From: Parachlamydiales bacterium
Lineage (GTDB): Bacteria > Chlamydiota > Chlamydiia > Chlamydiales > JAJFMK01
DNA length: 64,000 bases
NCBI GenBank assembly: GCA_963765145.1
Contig: CAVXVG010000026.1
Coordinates: 160,001-224,000 of the forward strand
Direction: 5' to 3'
This document shows, piece after piece, positions 18,545 to 28,863 of this stretch (its first letter is position 1; each line of letters begins with the position of its first letter). The notes beneath the pieces were generated by a model. That model did not search any database and was not told where the DNA came from. It saw nothing but the letters and a program-made list of their open reading frames with translations. The translations under genes and the position numbers were made by a program.

Positions 18545-19452
18545 CTTATAGATATCTCTAACAGATGTTGGATTCTTTCTTCAAGAGGAGGATGCGAAGC
18601 GAATAGATTGAACCACCCTTTAGGCGTAGAAATTTTGAAGGCTTGAACAGTTTGTTGCCCGGCATCTCGAGGGTCTTGAATCGCAATCACTTGCTGCAAT
18701 TTTTTTAGAGCACGGACCATTTTGTCTCGCCCTGCAAGAGCAGCTCCCCCTTCATCTGCCCGGTACTCCCTTTTTCTTGAGTAGGTGGCAATCACGATCA
18801 TTCCAAGAAACATAAATACAGTTTGGAAAAGCATCACGCAAAGAAAGTATCCCATGCCCAAAGAGTCTTGGTTATTTTGGCTATTGCCAGATCTTGTTAC
18901 GACGAGGGCAAGGATCCTTGCCAAAAACATGACAAAAGCGTTCACGATGCCCTGCAGCAAAGACATGGTCACCATGTCACCGTTGGCAACGTGAGAAATT
19001 TCATGGCCTAAGACCCCTTCAATTTCGGCATCATCCATCCGATCGAGCAATCCGGTTGAAACAGCGACAAGAGCTTTTCTGCTCGATGCCCCGGTTGCAA
19101 AGGCGTTGACTTCAGGAGATTGGTAGACCCCCACTTCTGGCATGCCAGGAAGGCCGGCCTGTTTTGTCAGCTTGCTGACAATATCCATCAGTCTTCGGTA
19201 TTGTGGCGAAGAGGTGTTTTCTGGGATGATTTCCATCCCTGTCTGCCATTTTGCCATTGTTTTAGACAAAAGAAGGGATATGATGGAGCCTGCCATCCCC
19301 CAAATTAGGCAAAAAATGGCCAGCGTTTTAAGATCGACACCATGGTTGGTCAGATAAGGTTGAATGCCAAACAGGTTAAGGACAATAGTAATTGTGGTAA
19401 CTACCAGAATGTTAACGAGTAAGAATAAAGTAACACGCTTAAAAATTGACAT
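18541..19452 (-). CDS. htpX: Zinc metalloprotease HtpX (M48)
   Basis: NAFATG, LGHEISHVANGDMVT, SRKREYRAD, FASHPPLEERI. Confidence 0.95.
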   Translation of the reverse strand: MSIFKRVTLFLLVNILVVTTITIVLNLFGIQPYLTNHGVDLKTLAIFCLIWGMAGSIISLLLSKTMAKWQTGMEIIPENTSSPQYRRLMDIVSKLTKQAGLPGMPEVGVYQSPEVNAFATGASSRKALVAVSTGLLDRMDDAEIEGVLGHEISHVANGDMVTMSLLQGIVNAFVMFLARILALVVTRSGNSQNNQDSLGMGYFLCVMLFQTVFMFLGMIVIATYSRKREYRADEGGAALAGRDKMVRALKKLQQVIAIQDPRDAGQQTVQAFKISTPKGWFNLFASHPPLEERIQHLLEISIR

Positions 19453-19461
19453 CTTGTTCCT

Positions 19462-20484
19462 ATGAGGGGTGAAATTAAATTAAAGCAGCAAGAGGGAATT
19501 GTAAGCAATCAACTAGAAAGGCTCTATACCCTTGAAAAAGTAGACCCCAAGACCATCCGGACTTACCAACAACCTGTAAAACCGAAGGTGGTAGAGACGG
19601 CTTACCAACTTGAACCTTTCAGAGAAATAGGGGGCGGTTACCCCATTTTAGGGCTTTTAGATCGGTTGGATCGTTTAAAGCTGCCTCCACCTTTGCAATA
19701 TCAGCTGAAAAAAGAGGGGTGGAAGACCATACAGGATCTCCTTGAAGCAGAAAATCAAAGTCACCCTAAAGTACTTGCACTCCCTTCAACCCATCTAAAC
19801 TTGCTGAAAGGGGCTTTAGAGCCTTGGAAAGCTCTAGTGCGCGTCGGAAGAACAACCTCTTTAGATTTTAAAGGCTATTTCAGTGGACTTGGGTCTTCTT
19901 CTGATCCCATTGCTTATCTTGCCCTTTTAGGCGCCCTTGGCTTGATGACGTTTATGGATTTCACCTCGTATGAAAGGATTCAAGTCGAACGTTTGCCTGC
20001 AAAAGAGAGAGACGGACTTGTAAAAAGTGCCGTCGAGCAAATTGAGTTAAAGGAAGAGGTGGAAGAAATTTTTAGCGGCCTTTTATTTGGTTGGCTAGAA
20101 GAGAGGGGAGGCCTGACTTGCAAAGAGGAGGTCATAGAACGGCTTGAGCAAGAGTCAATGGAAAAGGGGGCTGCAAAGGGTTTTATTCAGCTATTGGAAA
20201 TGAAAAATCGGCTGCCAGGCTTTTTTAAGGACAACCTATGGTTTTTTGATCGTCCTTTGAAAAAAAAAGTGGAAGAAATAGCTTACTACGTAAAGGAATT
20301 TTTCTATAAGCCCAAGATGACATACGACCTTGTCCATCTCCAGCAATTGATCCAAAAAGAACTTTTAAAAACAGGAGAGCTATTGGACGGACTTTTCTTG
20401 AAGCGTTACCTGCTTTTATCTAAAGGATATCGTTTAGAAAGAAGGGATTTGGTAAATTATTTCGTCCATGATGAAATTATTTAG
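19462..20484 (+). CDS. Hypothetical protein (start uncertain)
   Basis: 340-aa ORF overlapping the next gene. Confidence 0.6.
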   Translation: MRGEIKLKQQEGIVSNQLERLYTLEKVDPKTIRTYQQPVKPKVVETAYQLEPFREIGGGYPILGLLDRLDRLKLPPPLQYQLKKEGWKTIQDLLEAENQSHPKVLALPSTHLNLLKGALEPWKALVRVGRTTSLDFKGYFSGLGSSSDPIAYLALLGALGLMTFMDFTSYERIQVERLPAKERDGLVKSAVEQIELKEEVEEIFSGLLFGWLEERGGLTCKEEVIERLEQESMEKGAAKGFIQLLEMKNRLPGFFKDNLWFFDRPLKKKVEEIAYYVKEFFYKPKMTYDLVHLQQLIQKELLKTGELLDGLFLKRYLLLSKGYRLERRDLVNYFVHDEII

Positions 20485-21700
20485 CACAGCTCTCCTTAGT
20501 TTTTTTCCACTTTTTGCCCTCATAGACTTGCCGGAAGACATTGAATGTTATACGCCTGACCTTTTTACGGTAGCGGCAGACACCTATATGTCGCCGGAAG
20601 CAGGTGCCCTCAATCTTTATTCGGCCTATCGCATTTACGAAGGGATCGATACCCCTTGGGTAAAAGAGTGGCTTGGACCCATGCCTGGTTGGTACGGCAA
20701 AACTCTTCGGTTGGTTGACATGCTCTTTATCGACATGCCAATCGCTGAAACGGTGATGGTGGCTCAGCACGAGATTTTTGGCCATGGCGCTTATTTGAGA
20801 AAATCGGGCCTTTCTGCAAGTTATTCCATCCAAGTCCCGACTCCTTATGGCGAAGGGGGAGGCGCAACTTCTTTTTCCATGGAAGAATTTGTTGCACTGC
20901 CTCCTTATCAGCAAAGTTTGGTGATCACAGGGGGAGTTGAAGCCACCTATCGTATGTCTAACGATATTGCCCTCTACCGTTTAAGACGGGGTGGATGCTT
21001 TCCTGTTCAAGAGGCTATTCTCCATCTTTTTACAGTTTCAGATTTGACATTCTATGCTCTTGGCTTAGAAACAGATAATGAATTTGAAGATGAAGGAAAC
21101 GATATGGCAGCCTATGTCGATCAACTGAATCATTACTACGGTAAAAAAGTCATTTCTCGTTCAGGTTTAAAGGGAAGTGTTCTTATAAATCTGTTCGATT
21201 TATTGTTTTTGAACGATTTCGCGACCATGTGGGGCTATTTTTGGGATGGAGATTTAGCCGATCGTCCTTGGGGTTTTTGCTTATGCGACTGCAAAATCAT
21301 TCCGGCAACACGTGTTTGGCTTGCGCCCTATGGTCTTGAGTATGGGATTGGCTCTTATGTGGGATGTGGTCCGATCTGGAGTTTTGTCACCATCAAAGGC
21401 GGAAGTACTGCAGGACATGGTTCATTTTCATTAGGGGTAGATACCCCATTTCTTTATCAATCAGGCCCTTGGATTTTTGGCTGCAAAGCCGATCTCTGGT
21501 TGCAGCCAAGCTTTGAGCAAAATGGGAATGATGCAAGGACCCAATTTGGCGCAAGGGGCGCTCTCTGTTTGAGTTATAAATTGGATGCCCCATTCTTAGT
21601 GTCCGGGGAAGTGTCGGTTAAATCTAGAGGTTATGTGCCAGGGTTGCCTGGTCAGGCCAATACCAATTTCCTCTTCGGCCTCTCCTACATCTGCGACTAA
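20468..21700 (+). CDS. Secreted/outer-membrane protein with HExxGH motif and beta-rich C-terminal half
   Basis: Signal peptide, AQHEIFGHG, alternating hydrophobic strands near the C-terminus. Confidence 0.55.
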   Translation: MMKLFSTALLSFFPLFALIDLPEDIECYTPDLFTVAADTYMSPEAGALNLYSAYRIYEGIDTPWVKEWLGPMPGWYGKTLRLVDMLFIDMPIAETVMVAQHEIFGHGAYLRKSGLSASYSIQVPTPYGEGGGATSFSMEEFVALPPYQQSLVITGGVEATYRMSNDIALYRLRRGGCFPVQEAILHLFTVSDLTFYALGLETDNEFEDEGNDMAAYVDQLNHYYGKKVISRSGLKGSVLINLFDLLFLNDFATMWGYFWDGDLADRPWGFCLCDCKIIPATRVWLAPYGLEYGIGSYVGCGPIWSFVTIKGGSTAGHGSFSLGVDTPFLYQSGPWIFGCKADLWLQPSFEQNGNDARTQFGARGALCLSYKLDAPFLVSGEVSVKSRGYVPGLPGQANTNFLFGLSYICD

Positions 21701-21717
21701 CGGCTACTTGCATCAGT

Positions 21718-21898
21718 AACCACAGAGTCACAGAGATCACGGAGGAAATTTGAGAGAATGAGAACTATCAGCGTCTCTTATTCTTTGCATTTCTAATATT
21801 TAGGAAAATTTGAAACACAAAAACTCTTCTCTTTTTTATGAAGCAAATCGGTCTCATTGTTCTCAAATTTCCTCTGTGATCTCTGTGTCTCAGTGGTT
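21718..21898. repeat. Inverted repeat built from CACAGAG-type 9-mers (family G)
   Basis: AACCACAGAGTCACAGAGATCACGGAGGAAATTTGAGA... pairs with ...TCTCAAATTTCCTCTGTGATCTCTGTGTCTCAGTGGTT. Confidence 0.85.
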
Positions 21899-21961
21899 TC
21901 TTTATATATAATTGCGATACTGCCTTGACCTATTACTGTAGTTGGCTCTATATCCCAGAGT

Positions 21962-22960
21962 ATGATGAAGCCGCTAAAACGTGTTGCCATTACTGGGGCA
22001 GCAGGTCAAATTGCCTATAGTCTTTTGTTTCGGATAGGAAATGGAGAGCTGTTTGGCCCTGATACCCCTGTCGCCTTGCATCTTCTTGAAATTCAAGATG
22101 TTTTGCCCCATTTGCATGGCACAGTCATGGAGTTGGAAGATTGTGCTTTGCCTTTGCTAAAAGAGGTGAAGACTGGCTCTGACCCGTTTAAAGTCTTTCA
22201 GGATGTCGATCTTGCCTTGCTCGTCGGTGCAAAGCCCCGCGGACCTGGAATGGAGAGGAAAGACCTGCTTTGGGAAAACGGAAAAATCTTTGTCGAGCAG
22301 GGTGCTGCCCTCAATAAAGCGGCAAATCCTGACTGTAAAGTGATTGTAGTAGGCAATCCCTGCAATACCAACTGCTGGATCGCAAGAGAAAAAGCCCCCA
22401 GCCTAAAGCGTGAAAACTTTTTTGCGATGACAAGGCTGGATGAAAACCGTGCGCGTAGCAAACTTGCAGGCCATTTATCTGTGACGGTACCCGATATTAA
22501 GCATTTAGCCCTTTGGGGTAACCATTCAGCGACTCAAGTGCCCGATATTTTTCATGCCGAAGTGAAAGGTAAACCCCTTTCAAGTTTAGGCATCGATCAA
22601 AAATGGTTGGAAGAGGAATTTATCAAGCAGATCCAAACCAGAGGGGCCGATGTAATCAAGGCACGGGGCAAATCTTCAGCCGCTTCTGCAGCCCATGCTG
22701 TGATTGAAACCGCCCGTTTTGTTTCTGGGCTCGAAAAGAGTAACGATTGGTTTTCGGTGGCCCAAGATAGTTCGAATAACGCCTATGGAATACGGGAAGA
22801 CCTGATTTATTCCTATCCATCTGAGTATAAAAATGGACAGGTAACGCCCATTGGCGGCATAGAAAATAACGCCTTCATCAAAGAAAGAATGCAAATCAGT
22901 GAAAAAGAGTTACAAGAAGAGATGGATCAAGTGTGGTTCTTTTTAAGGGGGACAAGTTAA
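21962..22960 (+). CDS. mdh: Malate dehydrogenase (type 2)
   Basis: [46 protein letters not shown]. Confidence 0.95.
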   Translation: MMKPLKRVAITGAAGQIAYSLLFRIGNGELFGPDTPVALHLLEIQDVLPHLHGTVMELEDCALPLLKEVKTGSDPFKVFQDVDLALLVGAKPRGPGMERKDLLWENGKIFVEQGAALNKAANPDCKVIVVGNPCNTNCWIAREKAPSLKRENFFAMTRLDENRARSKLAGHLSVTVPDIKHLALWGNHSATQVPDIFHAEVKGKPLSSLGIDQKWLEEEFIKQIQTRGADVIKARGKSSAASAAHAVIETARFVSGLEKSNDWFSVAQDSSNNAYGIREDLIYSYPSEYKNGQVTPIGGIENNAFIKERMQISEKELQEEMDQVWFFLRGTS

Positions 22961-22962
22961 AG

Positions 22963-24115
22963 ATGGATGCGGAAGTTCTATTTACCATCACAAATGAACA
23001 GCTTGATACAGGTTTAAGGGGCTTTCCGATTGGAACTGTGACCACCTCGACGGTCAACCCGGAAAAAGGGCTCTATTACCGAGGAATGCCTGTTTCTGAT
23101 TTAGTCGATAAAAGCCCTGAAGAGGTGATTTACCTCCTATTTGAAGGCCATCTGCCAAGCAAAGATGAACTGGCAACCTTTTCTAAAGAGCTGAGAAAAC
23201 GCGCATCGCTCAACCCCAAAGTTAAAGAGGCTGTGTTGAGACTCCCCCGAGAAGTCTCTCCAATGGCTTTGCTGTCGATGGCCATCATGATTGTAGGTGG
23301 TTTTGAATCGAAAGGGGAGTGGAAAGAAGATGCCCTTCGGCTGGTTGCCTTGATGCCGAAAATCACAGCTCTTGTGATCAATCACCACGCCAATTTGGGT
23401 GACACCCCAAAATCCAACGAAGAACTTGGCTACGCAGAAAACTTCTTGTCGATGCTCAATATTCCTAACAAGTCAAAAGAGCTTTTGGACATCTTGAGGT
23501 TGTTTTTGCTGCTTCGCTTTTGACCATGGCGGCGGTAATTTATCGACGTTTGTTGGCAAAGCGGTTGCTTCCGGCTTAGAAGATCTTTTTGGATCGATTG
23601 CAGCTAGCATGAATGCTTTGGCAGGCCCTCTCCATGGCAGAGCCAATGAGGATTGCCTTATTTTTAACCAGTCTTTGATGAAAGAAGTAGGCCCTCAACC
23701 AACCGAAGAGCGTATTGAAAAAGCTTTACGAGGCCGGTTAGAAAGAAAAGAGCTAGTGTTTGGGTTTGGACATGCTGTTTTAAGAGTGGAAGATAGCCGA
23801 GCTAAAGTGCTTTATGATGCAGGCCAGCAGCATTTTCCTAACGACCCAATGGTTCAGTTTGCCTTGATGTTGAGAAAGGTTGGGCCTAAAGTTTTGAAGG
23901 AGAATCCAAAAATTTCGTCTCCTTATCCGAATGTTGATGCTATTTCGGGAAGTGTTTTAATGGCAGCCGGTTTCCCTTATCCAGAGTATTTCACTCTGCT
24001 CTTTGGGTTATCGCGAGTCGTCGGCATTTCTGCCCAGATCGTCCACGAGCGAGTCGTTGCTCGCGACGGAAAGGGCGTCCCCATCTACCGCCCTAAATAT
24101 ATCTACAAGCAATAA
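22963..24115 (+). pseudogene. gltA: Citrate synthase split by a +1 frameshift near 23518-23521 (pseudogene or sequencing error)
   Basis: ...CTT CGC TTT T GAC CAT GGC GGC GGT gives FDHGGGNLSTF after removing one T; LAGPLHGRAN, GFGHAVLR, YPNVD. Confidence 0.85.
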
Positions 24116-24125
24116 AGAGAAAGGT

Positions 24126-24818
24126 ATGGAGCGGTTTTGTTATTGCAGCAAGGTTTTGCCTCAAAAGAGCGATCACATTAAGAATCGAAATGCTCTTAGA
24201 AAGAGCAGGCAGGAAGAAGAAAATGCCTTGAGAAAGATTGTGGGACTGACACGATTTTCTAGTTGGTTGCAGAAAACTGCTGAAGGGGATTTTATGATCC
24301 ATTGTTTGGAAGGGGCCTCTTTAGAAAGCATGTTCACACGATTAAGAGAGCAAATTCAGCTTGGAAACCCCAATGCACTTGGCTTGCATGCCTTTTATCT
24401 CGATGTGTTGGGTAAAGATTATAGTCTTTATTCAGCAGAACCTCAGGTCGAATGCCTTTTAGATATGAAATTGCCATTAGAGAGAAAACCGATCACTGCA
24501 AAAGGATTTATTTACCCTCTTTTACCTCATATGGAAGAAGAGCATCGAAAATTTAGACAAGAATCGAACGGAGAGAAAAGAGGGGAGCACGTAGCCTATT
24601 TGGCTGAGTTAGGTGTGCGGCGTCTTACCTCTTGGCTGCAAACAACACCTCATGGCAAATACATCGTGACTTACACAGAAAAAGAGTTTCGTGAGAAGGA
24701 TCTTTGCAAAGAAGGCCATAATTCTCCTGAGTGGCAGCAAATTTATGATTGCATCCAAGAGCAAACCGGCTTATCAAAAGAAGCTTTAACCCCAGACCTT
24801 GAGCAGCTTTCAGGCTAA
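24126..24818 (+). CDS. Hypothetical protein with two internally repeated domains
   Basis: Repeated G(L/V)xR(F/L)xSWLQxTxxG motif in both halves; start set to ATG 24126. Confidence 0.65.
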   Translation: MERFCYCSKVLPQKSDHIKNRNALRKSRQEEENALRKIVGLTRFSSWLQKTAEGDFMIHCLEGASLESMFTRLREQIQLGNPNALGLHAFYLDVLGKDYSLYSAEPQVECLLDMKLPLERKPITAKGFIYPLLPHMEEEHRKFRQESNGEKRGEHVAYLAELGVRRLTSWLQTTPHGKYIVTYTEKEFREKDLCKEGHNSPEWQQIYDCIQEQTGLSKEALTPDLEQLSG

Positions 24819-24839
24819 CCAGGGTGTTCTTTATAAAAA

Positions 24840-24872
24840 TGTAGCTTAAGCTAAAGAGCCACTTGCAAAAAT
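24840..24872. repeat. Partial A::B junction copy
   Basis: TGTAGCTTAAGCTAAAG-AGCCACTTGCAAAAAT, compare 17655-17687. Confidence 0.7.
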
Positions 24873-25114
24873 GGGCCAATCTACTTTTTCGTCTTTTCGA
24901 AAAAATTGCACTTGTTTTCGATTCGGCTAACCCACAAGGGGTTAGGCCTCATTTCCAAACAAGCATTTTTTCTAAAATCCTGAAAAATCAGATGCACTCT
25001 CCCCGAAGCCTCCATCTTAGATCTTCGCCTCTTTTCTAAGATTTTATTCTATTAATTCCCCTTCCATTTTATTAAAATAACTGCTATAATATTTTCCTTT
25101 TTTTCGGAGAAACC

Positions 25115-26305
25115 ATGGCCACTAACCACTTTAATGTTCTTCATAGGATTTTAGTGAATCACCAATACGGTGGTGCTGTCAATATGGAGATTGAAGGCGC
25201 TAGAGGTCTCTTGCCTCAGGATATGCAAACTGCAACTCTGATAGACGCTATAGGTGTTTCTCCTGATAAAGTTGCCCTCAAGATTAAAGCTTATGCTAAA
25301 GAGCTGATTGAAAATGCTGCATCGGATAAAAAAAAGGTACTGGAGGCATTAAAACGCTACCCGTCTAAACCTTCTGAAACGATTATTTCCAGTGATTTAT
25401 TGGCTTTAGAAGATCGTTTAGGTATGAAAATCCTTCTTGAACAGTGGAAAATGGAGCAAGAGAGCGAGAATCGAAAGGAAGCTATCGTTAGGATTTGGAG
25501 ATTTTTAGGAGATGAGAACGCAAAAAAATTAGATTTTCGTCAGTTAGGATTAACTTCTCTCCCTTCTATTTTTCAAAAACGGATTTTTATTGATAAATTA
25601 GGGGCGGAAGGAATGCAAGAGGTTCGTAACGCTATTTCCTACGAAGGGGATAAAGCAAAAATTGCCAGTATTTTGAAGGATTGGGTAAGGTTAGGCGCTC
25701 GCAACGAAAATAGGGAGAAAGCCGCTCAGTTGATTTTGAACTTTCTCGATAAGCCGGAAGTCTCTAAGTTAAAATTTCGATCCTTTAACCTTTCAACACT
25801 GCCCGATATTTTCCATCTAGGCGATTTTAAAACTAAACTCGAAGATCTGGACCTATCCCACAATCATTTTAACACTGAGGATTCTTTTCCACGTGGGATG
25901 ACACATTTGAAGGCTTTAGAAGGCCTCAACCTAGAAGAATGCGAGTTGACCCGCGTGCCGAGATTTATCTATTTGTTAAGTTCTCTTATTTATTTAGACC
26001 TTTCTAATAACAGGATTAATGGCGTTTTTGTTGGTTCAAAGCAACACAATAAACTAGAAACGCTCTATTTGCATTCGAATGAAGAGCTTCGATTGAGCGG
26101 TCAGCATTTATTAACATCCTTATCAGATCTAGATGTTAACGACATTGAACCTATTGACCCCGCATATGCCAAGCTTCCCAAAAGCTGCTCAATCTATGGA
26201 TTTTCCGATAAAGCTATAGCAGCATTTACCGGAGGAAAAGGCTATCAGGGGCCTCAGTTTCTTCCTTTTGAAGGAGATAGCATGGACGGCGACAGCAGCG
26301 AATAG
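25115..26305 (+). CDS. Leucine-rich repeat protein, effector-like
   Basis: LEDLDLSHN, LEGLNLEEC, LIYLDLSNNRI, LETLYLHSN; duplicated ENR-A-I...LGLTSLP capping module. Confidence 0.85.
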   Translation: MATNHFNVLHRILVNHQYGGAVNMEIEGARGLLPQDMQTATLIDAIGVSPDKVALKIKAYAKELIENAASDKKKVLEALKRYPSKPSETIISSDLLALEDRLGMKILLEQWKMEQESENRKEAIVRIWRFLGDENAKKLDFRQLGLTSLPSIFQKRIFIDKLGAEGMQEVRNAISYEGDKAKIASILKDWVRLGARNENREKAAQLILNFLDKPEVSKLKFRSFNLSTLPDIFHLGDFKTKLEDLDLSHNHFNTEDSFPRGMTHLKALEGLNLEECELTRVPRFIYLLSSLIYLDLSNNRINGVFVGSKQHNKLETLYLHSNEELRLSGQHLLTSLSDLDVNDIEPIDPAYAKLPKSCSIYGFSDKAIAAFTGGKGYQGPQFLPFEGDSMDGDSSE

Positions 26306-26376
26306 ATCGGCGATTTGCTTCACCACAGTTAGCACTCCTCTAGTAAGCACAAGTTTTACCTACATGACTTCACTTG

Positions 26377-26445
26377 GTGCCCGTGCCCGATTTCGTAAAA
26401 GCAAACACATCGGTTTTTACTGAATTTAGATTAGGGCACGGGCAC
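26377..26445. repeat. Short inverted hexamer element (GTGCCC)2 ... (GGGCAC)2
   Basis: Variant of the GGGCAA family between convergent genes. Confidence 0.7.
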
Positions 26446-26456
26446 GTGTTACTTCT

Positions 26457-27362
26457 TTAAGTTGGCGAAAATGAGCTCATAAATTGACGCATTTTCTTGA
26501 AGATTAATGATGCATCTTCTTCAAGTGCAAAGTGGCCTGTGTCCAGAATGTTAAAATCTACGTCTTTTAAATCGCGCTTATAAGCTTCTGCCCCAGATAC
26601 TGGGAAAAAGGCATCATTTTTGCCCCAGACAATTAAGGCGGGAGGTTGATGATCACGGAAATATTTTTGCCATTCGGGATAGTGTTTGAGATTATTTTGA
26701 TAATCATAAAACAAAGCGAGTTGTACCTCATGCTGTCCGGAACGGGAAATTTTCATAAAATCCAAATTCCAGTTGTCAGGAAGAATGCCATTTGGATTGC
26801 GGGTGCCGTGGGTGTATTGCCATTTCAATCCTTCAAGGCTGAAAACATTTTTAATGATTTCTTGTTCGATTTCGGGTGTCTTATTCTTCCAGTATTTAAA
26901 AATGAGGCTCCATCCTTCCTCTCCTAGCCCTTCAACATAAGCGTTCCCATTTTGGATGATGAGGCCCTTAATTTTTTCAGGATGCTTGGCTGCAATTCGT
27001 AAGCCGATAGGTGCACCATAATCTTGTATCATCAAAAAGAACTTCTTTATCCCTCTGATCTCCAAAAACTGTTCTATAACTTCTGCTAGATGATCAAAAG
27101 TGTAAGAAAACTCCTTGAGAGGAGGGAAGCTGCTGTCCCCAAAACCAGGATAATCAGGTGCAATTAGATAATAGGTGTCTGCCAAGTTCCCTAACACTTC
27201 CCGGTACATGTGAGAAGAGGTTGGAAAACCGTGCAGCAACACAATAGCAGGATTGCGCGGGTCTCCGGCTTCACGGAAAAAAATATCCAGATTCCCTACC
27301 TTTTGCACCTCACAGCGCACCGTAGAATTCTCTACAACAACAGAAGATTGTGAATAAGCCAT
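26457..27362 (-). CDS. Alpha/beta hydrolase (epoxide hydrolase/haloalkane dehalogenase-like)
   Basis: LLHGFPTSSHM, APDYPGFG, QDYG nucleophile Asp, DTGHFALE. Confidence 0.9.
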   Translation of the reverse strand: MAYSQSSVVVENSTVRCEVQKVGNLDIFFREAGDPRNPAIVLLHGFPTSSHMYREVLGNLADTYYLIAPDYPGFGDSSFPPLKEFSYTFDHLAEVIEQFLEIRGIKKFFLMIQDYGAPIGLRIAAKHPEKIKGLIIQNGNAYVEGLGEEGWSLIFKYWKNKTPEIEQEIIKNVFSLEGLKWQYTHGTRNPNGILPDNWNLDFMKISRSGQHEVQLALFYDYQNNLKHYPEWQKYFRDHQPPALIVWGKNDAFFPVSGAEAYKRDLKDVDFNILDTGHFALEEDASLIFKKMRQFMSSFSPT

Positions 27363-27447
27363 GTTAACCCCAAGCTAAGCCTTAAGTGTCATTATTCAAA
27401 TCCACCCTATAATTAATACAAAAAAATCATCAGAAAAGCCCTTTAGG

Positions 27448-27517
27448 TTCGCGATAGCGTTTGGAGTGCGCAACTCTTGTTGCGCTTTCACTTTTTGCAA
27501 GTCAAAGCGCAAGAGGG
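27448..27517. repeat. Truncated family E element
   Basis: GCGTTTGGAGTGCGCAA...TTGCGCTTTCACTTTT...CAAGTCAAAGC matches 8602-8670. Confidence 0.8.
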
Positions 27518-27651
27518 TCTAGAAAGAGGAGCCATAAATCTACCTGAAAGTGCTTTAGCTTAGGTATGGAAGTAGTTTGACGGAAATCGACTAAGTTAGC
27601 ATTGTGAAAAAGAGACTGCTATTTCGGCAGTCATTATAAAGGAATTTTTAT

Positions 27652-27798
27652 ATGGCAGAAAACAATATCAAGACCAGAAAAATCGTTTCTAGCAAAGCTA
27701 GCAAGCAACTGAGGGAAGATAAAAGTGCGATAGCAAAAAGCATTGCTGGAAGTGCTCTTGTAAATGCTAAACAGAACACCAAGGCCAAAAAGAAATAG
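27652..27798 (+). CDS. 48-aa basic small protein missing from the ORF track
   Basis: MAENNIKTRKIVSSKASKQLREDKSAIAKSIAGSALVNAKQNTKAKKK*; AAAGGA RBS upstream; perfect hairpin downstream. Confidence 0.7.
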   Translation: MAENNIKTRKIVSSKASKQLREDKSAIAKSIAGSALVNAKQNTKAKKK

Positions 27799-27822
27799 CG
27801 GCTTGGTATTTCTGGCCAATTT

Positions 27823-27856
27823 TCTGAAAAAAGGTCAGCCCTGACCTTTTTTCAGA
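27823..27856. terminator. Perfect hairpin, possible bidirectional terminator or REP
   Basis: TCTGAAAAAAGGTCAG-CC-CTGACCTTTTTTCAGA. Confidence 0.6.
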
Positions 27857-27946
27857 GATATTCAACTCGTTAGTCTTCACTCTTAAAAGATTAAAAAGAT
27901 TAGATCCACTGCGCTACGAAAAATCAAATTTACAAGGAATTATTAA

Positions 27947-28837
27947 ATGTCTGAGACCATCAACACTCCTCTTCCTTTGTCTTTCAGTCAAAGGAATGGG
28001 TATAAACCCCTTCCTGAGCCTTTAAATCTTGAAGAACTCACACCACGATTACGAAATGAATTGGATGGGGCGATACGAAAGGCTGTCGATGAATCTTCTG
28101 TTTGCAGTCGGCAAGGTGAAGAATGCTATAAAACCTTTGCAGTCGCTAATTGGAACAAAGCACTGCATCAGTATTGGGTAAGCAAATTTGGTTTTAGATA
28201 CGATGAATATAATATAGGACAATTTTTGCAATTTAATTGTTTGCCTATTATTGCTTACGGCGAATTCCATAATGTAATGGAGTTAGTAGAGGATTTATTA
28301 AATCTTGTAGGTGACGAACACCCATCTTTCCTTCTGAACGTGAGGGATATTTTCCAAAGACATCAGGCTCCATACATCATAAAAAAAATGGAAACGGGAA
28401 AATGGGGGATTATCCAAACAGGTTCTCCATATGAGCAAATCGCTATTATAAGTGCTTTTTCATGTTTACAAGATCCATCATTAAAATTTACCAAAGATCA
28501 TCTTGAGAAATCTGGCCATGAACTAGCAAAAGGTGATTATTCTCAGGGAGTAGAAGAATGTTCGAAAGCGTTGGAAGCTTGTGCTCGGTTTGTAAGTAAT
28601 CAACCAAATAAAACAGGAGGTGATGCTCTTAAAGAATGTCATAAAATTTATCAAATTCCATTACCTTTCTATAAAATTGCTGAAAATATTTGGATTTATA
28701 GAAATGATGCTCCAGGTATTGGTCATGCTATGAAAGAAGGAAAATGGCCACCTCCTAGCCGAGAAGATGCCCAGTTGATTTATGTTGTTTGTTGCGGAGT
28801 TATCAGCTATTTGGTTAACCGGAAAAATGCTGATTAA
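27947..28837 (+). CDS. AbiJ-NTD4-like domain fused to an Abi_C/HEPN-type domain; predicted abortive-infection RNase
   Basis: N-terminal SFSQRNGYKP...LRNEL; C-terminal KALEACAR and RNDAPGIGH (extended RxnH HEPN motif). Confidence 0.7.
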   Translation: MSETINTPLPLSFSQRNGYKPLPEPLNLEELTPRLRNELDGAIRKAVDESSVCSRQGEECYKTFAVANWNKALHQYWVSKFGFRYDEYNIGQFLQFNCLPIIAYGEFHNVMELVEDLLNLVGDEHPSFLLNVRDIFQRHQAPYIIKKMETGKWGIIQTGSPYEQIAIISAFSCLQDPSLKFTKDHLEKSGHELAKGDYSQGVEECSKALEACARFVSNQPNKTGGDALKECHKIYQIPLPFYKIAENIWIYRNDAPGIGHAMKEGKWPPPSREDAQLIYVVCCGVISYLVNRKNAD

Positions 28838-28863
28838 TTTTTATTAGTTTCTGGCGATTAGAG

